Source: a virus (Duplodnaviria > Caudoviricetes). Taken from it: DNA of 39,825 bases. The DNA is taken from positions 1-39,825 of IMG/VR virus record IMGVR_UViG_3300032092_000085; one strand, 5' to 3'. The translations under genes and the position numbers were made by a program. This document shows, piece by piece, positions 34,556 through 39,825 of this stretch (the stretch's first letter is position 1; every line of letters begins with the position of its first letter). The notes beneath the pieces are model-generated. The model was given only the letters and a program-made list of their open reading frames with translations. It did not search any database and was not told the origin of the DNA.

Positions 34556-37249
34556 ATGCCAAGCACCCGCATCTACAACAGGTCGTTCGCTGGCGGCGAA
34601 CTGTCGCCGGAGATGTTCGGGCGTATTGATGACATCAAGTTCCAGACCGGAGCCGCCAAGCTGCGGAACTTCATCCCAACCCCGCAGGGGCCGGCAGAGA
34701 ACCGGCCTGGCACGTTCTACGTTGCAACGGTCAAGGACAGCACCAAGCGCACGCGACTGCTGCCGTTCACGTACAGCACGACGCAGACGATGGTGCTCGA
34801 GTTTGGGCAGGGCTACATCCGATTCCACACGCAGGGCAGCACGTTGCAGGCTGGGTCGCCGGCGGCCTACAACGGTGCGACCGCATACGTGGTTGGCGAT
34901 TTGGTGTCCTCGGGTGGGGTGAACTACTACTGCATCGCGGCCACGACTGGCAACGCACCGCCGAACGCGACGTACTGGTATCCGCTGCCGTCAAGCGCCT
35001 ACGAGATCCCGTCTCCCTACCAAGAGGCTGACCTGTTCTCGATCCACTACGTGCAGTCTGGCGACGTCCTGACGCTTGTGCACCCTAATCACGCGCCGCG
35101 TGAACTGCGCCGTCTTGGTGCCACGACGTGGACTCTGACAACGATCACGTTCGTCGCTCCGGTCGCAGTGCCTGGAGCCCCAACGGTCACGGCCAGTCGA
35201 GGTGACGCGCTCAACATCACGGGCATCACGCAGGCAAACCCGGGTGTTGTGACTACGGTCGGCAACCACGGTTTCGCCATCGGCGACAGCGTGTACATCA
35301 ACGGCGGCACGATGACGCAGTTGAGCGGGTTCTACCTCGTCAACACAGTTCCAACGACTAACACTTTCTCGGTCAAGGCGTACGACACGGGCGTCCCGGT
35401 CAACACCACGGCCTACACCGCATGGACGAGCGGCGGGTTCGTGCAGTTCGGCGACAAGAGCCTCGACTTCGACAACTACTACGTCGTGACGGCCATTGCG
35501 CAGAACGGTGCGGACGAGAGCGCGGCCAGCCCGACCGGCAACGTCATCAACAACCTGAACGCCATCGGCGCCAAGAACACGATCAGCTGGAGCGCAGTCG
35601 CGGGGGCGCTCCGGTACAACGTGTACAAGCGTCAGAGCGGCCTGTATGGATACATCGGGCAGACGGCTGCCACGTCGTTTGACGATGACAACATCGCGCC
35701 TGACATGGGCATCACTCCGCCCATTGTTGAAACCCCGTTCAGCAGCGCGAACAACTACCCGCGATCAGTGTCGTACTACGAGCAGCGGCGCGTCTTTGCC
35801 GGCACAAACAATGCTCCGCAGACGATCTGGATGACGCGCTCGGGCACGGAGAGCGACCTGTCGTACTCGTTGCCGGTCAAGGACAGCGACCGTATCAGCA
35901 TCCGCGTGGCTGCCCGCGAACTCAACACAATCAATCACATCGTCCCGCTGACGCAGTTGCTGCTGATGACCAGCAGCGCGGAATGGCGTGTCAGCCCGAT
36001 CAACTCCGATGCGCTGACGCCGACCACGATCAGCGTGCGCCCGCAGTCGTACATCGGTGCCAACGACGTCCAGCCCGAGATCGTGAACAACACGGTCGTG
36101 TACTGCGCTGCTCGAGGCGGGCACGTGCGCGAGCTCGGTTACTCGTGGCAGTCCAGCGGGTTTATTACTGGCGACCTGTCCATCCGGGCAGCCCACCTGT
36201 TCGATGACCTGACGTTGGTTGACATGTGCTACAGCAAGAGCCCGCAACCGATCCTGTGGTTCGTCAGCAGCAACGGCAACCTGTTGAGTCTGACCTACAT
36301 GCCCGAGCAGCAGATCGGCGCCTGGGCGCAGCACGACACGCTTGGCATGTACGAGTCGTGCACCGCCGTTGCCGAGGGCAATGAGGACCGCCTGTACGTT
36401 ATCGTCAAGCGCACGATCAACGGGAACTCGGTGCGCTACATCGAACGCATGGCAAGCCGGCATATCACAACGCTTGAGAATTGCTTCTTCGTGGATTCTG
36501 GCTGCACCTATGACGGCGCCAACACCACGGCAACGACCGTAACTGTTTCTGGCGGCACGACTTGGGGTCCGTCCGACGTGCTGACGATCACGGCTAGCAG
36601 CGCGATCTTCGCTTATCCGGCCACGACCGACGTCAATGACGCCATCGTCCTGACCGACACGGCTGGCAACAAGTACCGACTTCGCATTATCGGCACGAGC
36701 AGCACGACGGTGGCGACCGCCCGCGTGGACGTCACGCTGCCCGTCGCCCTGCGCAACACCGCCACGACCGTCTGGGCGTTCGCTAGAGACACCGTGAGCG
36801 GTTTGGCGCACTTGGAGGGAGCAACGGTCAGCATCCTCGCTGACGGGGCCGTACAGCCGCAGGAAACCGTCTCCAGCGGCTCCGTGACGCTCGACCGTGC
36901 CGCAGTCCTGATCCACGTCGGCCTGCCCTACGAGAGCGATCTACAGACCCTGCCGGCGGTGATGAGCATCGACGGTTACGGGCAGGGGCGTTATAAGAAC
37001 GTCAACAAGGCATACTTGCGGGTGTTTAAGTCGAGCGGCATCTTCGTGGGCCCGACGGCTGACCGGCTTGTGGAGGCCAAGCAGCGCACGACTGAGCCAT
37101 ACGGCACCCCGCCGAGCCTGAAGTCCGACGAAATCGACGTTGACCTGAAGCCAGCCTGGCGGGCCGGCGGTCAAGTTTACATTCGGCAAGCCGACCCGCT
37201 GCCACTGACGGTAGTTGGTCTGACCCTTGAAGTTGCGCTAGGAGACTGA
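34556..37249 (+). CDS. Tail tubular protein B / nozzle (T7 gp12-like) with inserted beta domains
   Basis: SFAGGELSP...GR.D, NF.P.PQG...NRPG, YP..V.YYEQR..FAG and a terminal PLPLTV. Confidence 0.92.
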   Translation: MPSTRIYNRSFAGGELSPEMFGRIDDIKFQTGAAKLRNFIPTPQGPAENRPGTFYVATVKDSTKRTRLLPFTYSTTQTMVLEFGQGYIRFHTQGSTLQAGSPAAYNGATAYVVGDLVSSGGVNYYCIAATTGNAPPNATYWYPLPSSAYEIPSPYQEADLFSIHYVQSGDVLTLVHPNHAPRELRRLGATTWTLTTITFVAPVAVPGAPTVTASRGDALNITGITQANPGVVTTVGNHGFAIGDSVYINGGTMTQLSGFYLVNTVPTTNTFSVKAYDTGVPVNTTAYTAWTSGGFVQFGDKSLDFDNYYVVTAIAQNGADESAASPTGNVINNLNAIGAKNTISWSAVAGALRYNVYKRQSGLYGYIGQTAATSFDDDNIAPDMGITPPIVETPFSSANNYPRSVSYYEQRRVFAGTNNAPQTIWMTRSGTESDLSYSLPVKDSDRISIRVAARELNTINHIVPLTQLLLMTSSAEWRVSPINSDALTPTTISVRPQSYIGANDVQPEIVNNTVVYCAARGGHVRELGYSWQSSGFITGDLSIRAAHLFDDLTLVDMCYSKSPQPILWFVSSNGNLLSLTYMPEQQIGAWAQHDTLGMYESCTAVAEGNEDRLYVIVKRTINGNSVRYIERMASRHITTLENCFFVDSGCTYDGANTTATTVTVSGGTTWGPSDVLTITASSAIFAYPATTDVNDAIVLTDTAGNKYRLRIIGTSSTTVATARVDVTLPVALRNTATTVWAFARDTVSGLAHLEGATVSILADGAVQPQETVSSGSVTLDRAAVLIHVGLPYESDLQTLPAVMSIDGYGQGRYKNVNKAYLRVFKSSGIFVGPTADRLVEAKQRTTEPYGTPPSLKSDEIDVDLKPAWRAGGQVYIRQADPLPLTVVGLTLEVALGD

Positions 37250-37251
37250 CG

Positions 37252-37935
37252 ATGAGCCAATTCTCATTGATGCGTCCAGAGTTCTCGCTGACCCCGGGAG
37301 ACGTGCCGACCGTCGGCGAACGGTTCACGCTCGGCTCGCAGCTGTCCGAGGGCTTGCAGATCGGCGGCAACATCGCGTCGATCTTCGGCGCGTTTACCGG
37401 GGCCATCGGGTCGTACTACTCGCTGAAGTCACAGCAGAACCAGCTCAAGATGCAGGCGCAGAACGCGGCGTTCGCCGCGCAGATGACGCGCATCAACCGT
37501 CGGGCAGCCGAGTTCACCGCTACGCAGGTCGGACAGCAGGGGCAGGCCGCAGCCGGCCAGTACACCATGCGGGCAGGTCAGGCCCGTGCCGGCGCTCGCA
37601 CCGGGATGGCTGCTCGAGGTATCGCGCTTGGGCAGGGGACGGCCAAGGAAGTCGTCGCCAGCATGGACCTGGTCAAGGAGATCGACCGGCTCGCCATCAA
37701 CGCATCGACCGTACGAGCGCAGGAGGCTGCCCGGTTGCAGGCGTTCAACCTCGGCACGCAGGCCACGATGGCCGAACTGTCAAGCCGGAACCTATCGAGC
37801 GCAGCCGGCACGATCATGCCGGGCTTCGGGGCTGCTACCAGCCTGCTCGGAAGCGCAGTCGATATCGGCGCCAATTGGGCCCGTAACAAGCGCATTGACG
37901 AACTGCTGCAAGGCGTAGCCACCGAACGATTCTGA
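37252..37935 (+). CDS. Internal virion/ejection protein A (gp14-like)
   Basis: Ala/Gln/Gly-rich helical protein with AARGI.LG.G; located after the nozzle. Confidence 0.8.
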   Translation: MSQFSLMRPEFSLTPGDVPTVGERFTLGSQLSEGLQIGGNIASIFGAFTGAIGSYYSLKSQQNQLKMQAQNAAFAAQMTRINRRAAEFTATQVGQQGQAAAGQYTMRAGQARAGARTGMAARGIALGQGTAKEVVASMDLVKEIDRLAINASTVRAQEAARLQAFNLGTQATMAELSSRNLSSAAGTIMPGFGAATSLLGSAVDIGANWARNKRIDELLQGVATERF

Positions 37936-37942
37936 GGTACCC

Positions 37943-39825
37943 ATGCCAACCGTCCCGACCACCTTCGTCCCGCAAGTCACCCCGCCCGGAGGTGGTGACA
38001 TCGGCCAGTTCCAGGCTCCCGCCGTGGAGCCAATGCGCAACTACACGGGCGAGCAGGTCCAGCAGTTCGGACAGCAGTTGACCCGCGCAGGCATGACGGC
38101 GTTCAGCATCGGCGATGCGATGCAGGACCAGATTGACGAGGCCGCTGCCAAGGAAAGCGACGTCGCATTCCTGCAACAGGCCAACGAGATCATGCGTGGC
38201 CAGAACGGCTACATGAACACCGCCGGCAAGGACGCCGAAACGTCATACGTCAGCGTCAACGAGCAGTTGATTCAGGCCGGACAGGCGAGCATGGACCGCC
38301 TGAACGAGGGCCAGAAGCGGCTCTATCAGAACGTCCTCGCCCGCAACATGATGACCTTCCAGGCGCAGGTGCAGACGCACCGGGACCAGCAAGTCAAGGT
38401 CTACGCTGCCGGCGAGGCCACCGCTCGGGCCAACCAGTACATCAGTCTCGCCATCGTGGACTACAAGGAGCGCGATGCCGTCACGACCGACGGGCTCCCG
38501 ACCGGCGCATACAACACCAACCTCGGCGTGGCGCTGAATGAGATCCGCACCGTGGGTCGTCTGCGCGGCTACGCCGAGGACAGCGCCCAGATGCGCGAAC
38601 TAGAGAACGCGGTTTACACGCAGGCTGCGCAGGGCGTCGTGAACCGACTGATGATGGACAGCCAGTATCAGGACGGGCTCGACTACGTGCGTAAGCAGTT
38701 GGAGCTCAACCGAATCGATCCAGCCAAGGGTGACGCGATGATTGCATCGCTTGACGCCAACCGCAAGCGTCAGATGGTGGACGAGTTGACTACGAATATC
38801 CGCACGACCGGGGTGCTCGACACGCCCGCCGGCACGGGCAACTTTGACCAGATCATTGAGAACGGTCGCATCAACGTCGATGGCAAGGGCGTGAACATTG
38901 AGGCGCCTCCGGGCGCTCCCGTCAACGCGCCGGCCAACGGCACCATCACGAGCGTCGATGGCAACACGGTTACGATTGAAACGACCGATGGCACCACGCT
39001 GACGCTCAACAATGTCGATGTCTTCGGGATGCTTGCGGAAGGCCAAACAGTCACACGCGGCGGGCTGCTCGGCATGGTGGGCAAGGACGATGCAGCCGAG
39101 GACGGCCTGTATCGCATCGGATACACCGCCAACCGCAACGGCGAAGCCATCGACCCGCGCAACCTGAACTCGTTGGACAACTCAGACCGCGACGAGGCAC
39201 GCCGACCGCTGACGCTGCGCGATGCTCTGACCGTGGCCGAGCGCATCCAAGACCCCGAGGTTCGCAAGCAAGTTCAGTCGAACCTACGGACGCAGTTTGC
39301 GCAGGAGGAAGCGCTCGTAAAGGAGGAATACCGTGGTCGCATGGACTCGATCACCGAGTTCCTGGCGGTCCCCGGCAACAACGTCGGACAGATCCCACCT
39401 GAATTGTGGGGCACGCTGAAGCCGACCGATCAGGCCAAGTTGCTGAGTGGGCAGAGGGAAACCGACGAACTCGTCGTTATGGAGGAGATCGCCCGTGATC
39501 CGAGCGTGTTGAGTGTCGATTACTTGGACAAGAACCGCAATCGCCTGACGCCAGGCACGTACGTCAAGTTGTTGAAGGACACGGCGGACCCGAGCAAAAT
39601 GGCGCAGGCTTCGGTCGATGCTGACCAGTTGGAATCAACGCTGGTGCGCAATGGGCTGGACACTCTGGCGTTTCCAAGTATTAGGGACAAGGATCAGCTG
39701 CGTGCAAGCCTGCTGTTCCGCGACAACGTCAAGCAAGCCATCTCGTACGAGCAGACGCGCCTTGGTAGGTCGCTCAACCGTGATGAGAAGCAGCACGTCA
39801 TTGACACGTTGTTGCTGGACCGTGC
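37943..39825 (+). CDS. Internal virion/ejection protein B (gp15-like) with a degenerate M23 peptidase domain; continues through the junction to 335 (696 aa)
   Basis: ATG 37943 with a GAGG RBS (MPTVPTT...). Open to the window end, so absent from the ORF track. Confidence 0.88.
   Translation, partial: MPTVPTTFVPQVTPPGGGDIGQFQAPAVEPMRNYTGEQVQQFGQQLTRAGMTAFSIGDAMQDQIDEAAAKESDVAFLQQANEIMRGQNGYMNTAGKDAETSYVSVNEQLIQAGQASMDRLNEGQKRLYQNVLARNMMTFQAQVQTHRDQQVKVYAAGEATARANQYISLAIVDYKERDAVTTDGLPTGAYNTNLGVALNEIRTVGRLRGYAEDSAQMRELENAVYTQAAQGVVNRLMMDSQYQDGLDYVRKQLELNRIDPAKGDAMIASLDANRKRQMVDELTTNIRTTGVLDTPAGTGNFDQIIENGRINVDGKGVNIEAPPGAPVNAPANGTITSVDGNTVTIETTDGTTLTLNNVDVFGMLAEGQTVTRGGLLGMVGKDDAAEDGLYRIGYTANRNGEAIDPRNLNSLDNSDRDEARRPLTLRDALTVAERIQDPEVRKQVQSNLRTQFAQEEALVKEEYRGRMDSITEFLAVPGNNVGQIPPELWGTLKPTDQAKLLSGQRETDELVVMEEIARDPSVLSVDYLDKNRNRLTPGTYVKLLKDTADPSKMAQASVDADQLESTLVRNGLDTLAFPSIRDKDQLRASLLFRDNVKQAISYEQTRLGRSLNRDEKQHVIDTLLLDR
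39699..39825. repeat. Terminal direct repeat (circular assembly overlap), copy 2
   Basis: Identical to 1-127. Confidence 0.97.

Noticed and set aside
39699-39825. 127-bp terminal repeat as a biological direct terminal repeat
   Set aside because: It falls mid-gene and equals a common assembly k-mer, so it is best explained as circular contig overlap.

Overview
The window is a complete, circularly assembled ~39.7 kb tailed-phage genome. Bases 1-127 are repeated exactly at 39699-39825, giving a unit length of 39,698 bp. The virion module is podovirus-like, of the BPP-1/T7 type: TerS, TerL, GNAT, portal, scaffold, major capsid, cement, adaptor and nozzle. It continues with three ejection/internal virion proteins (one a 3226-aa polyvalent protein), two tailspikes and a membrane-protein lysis cassette. 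A leftward early operon encodes Gp157-like, ERF, RusA, CsrA-like, SSB-like, C5-methyltransferase and lysozyme-like proteins. A lambda-O-style DUF1376/YdaU initiator carries palindromic iterons inside the gene. I recognise no integrase, DNA or RNA polymerase, helicase or reverse transcriptase. The strongest leads are: (i) the giant ejection protein is built from cassettes, including two ART-like domains, bounded by a recurring (L/F)xQA / TTGAGCAGGC junction and a 62-bp direct repeat, suggesting a swappable injected-effector array; (ii) a kissing-loop/attenuator-like RNA leader upstream of the initiator, next to a candidate small RNA from a bidirectional promoter; (iii) an M23 peptidase domain lacking its catalytic residues in an ejection protein; (iv) two dual-coding regions (methyltransferase with a nested ORF, and TerS overlapping a basic peptide); and (v) a lysis cassette with no recognisable endolysin. 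All family calls come from motif recognition by eye; no database searches were run.
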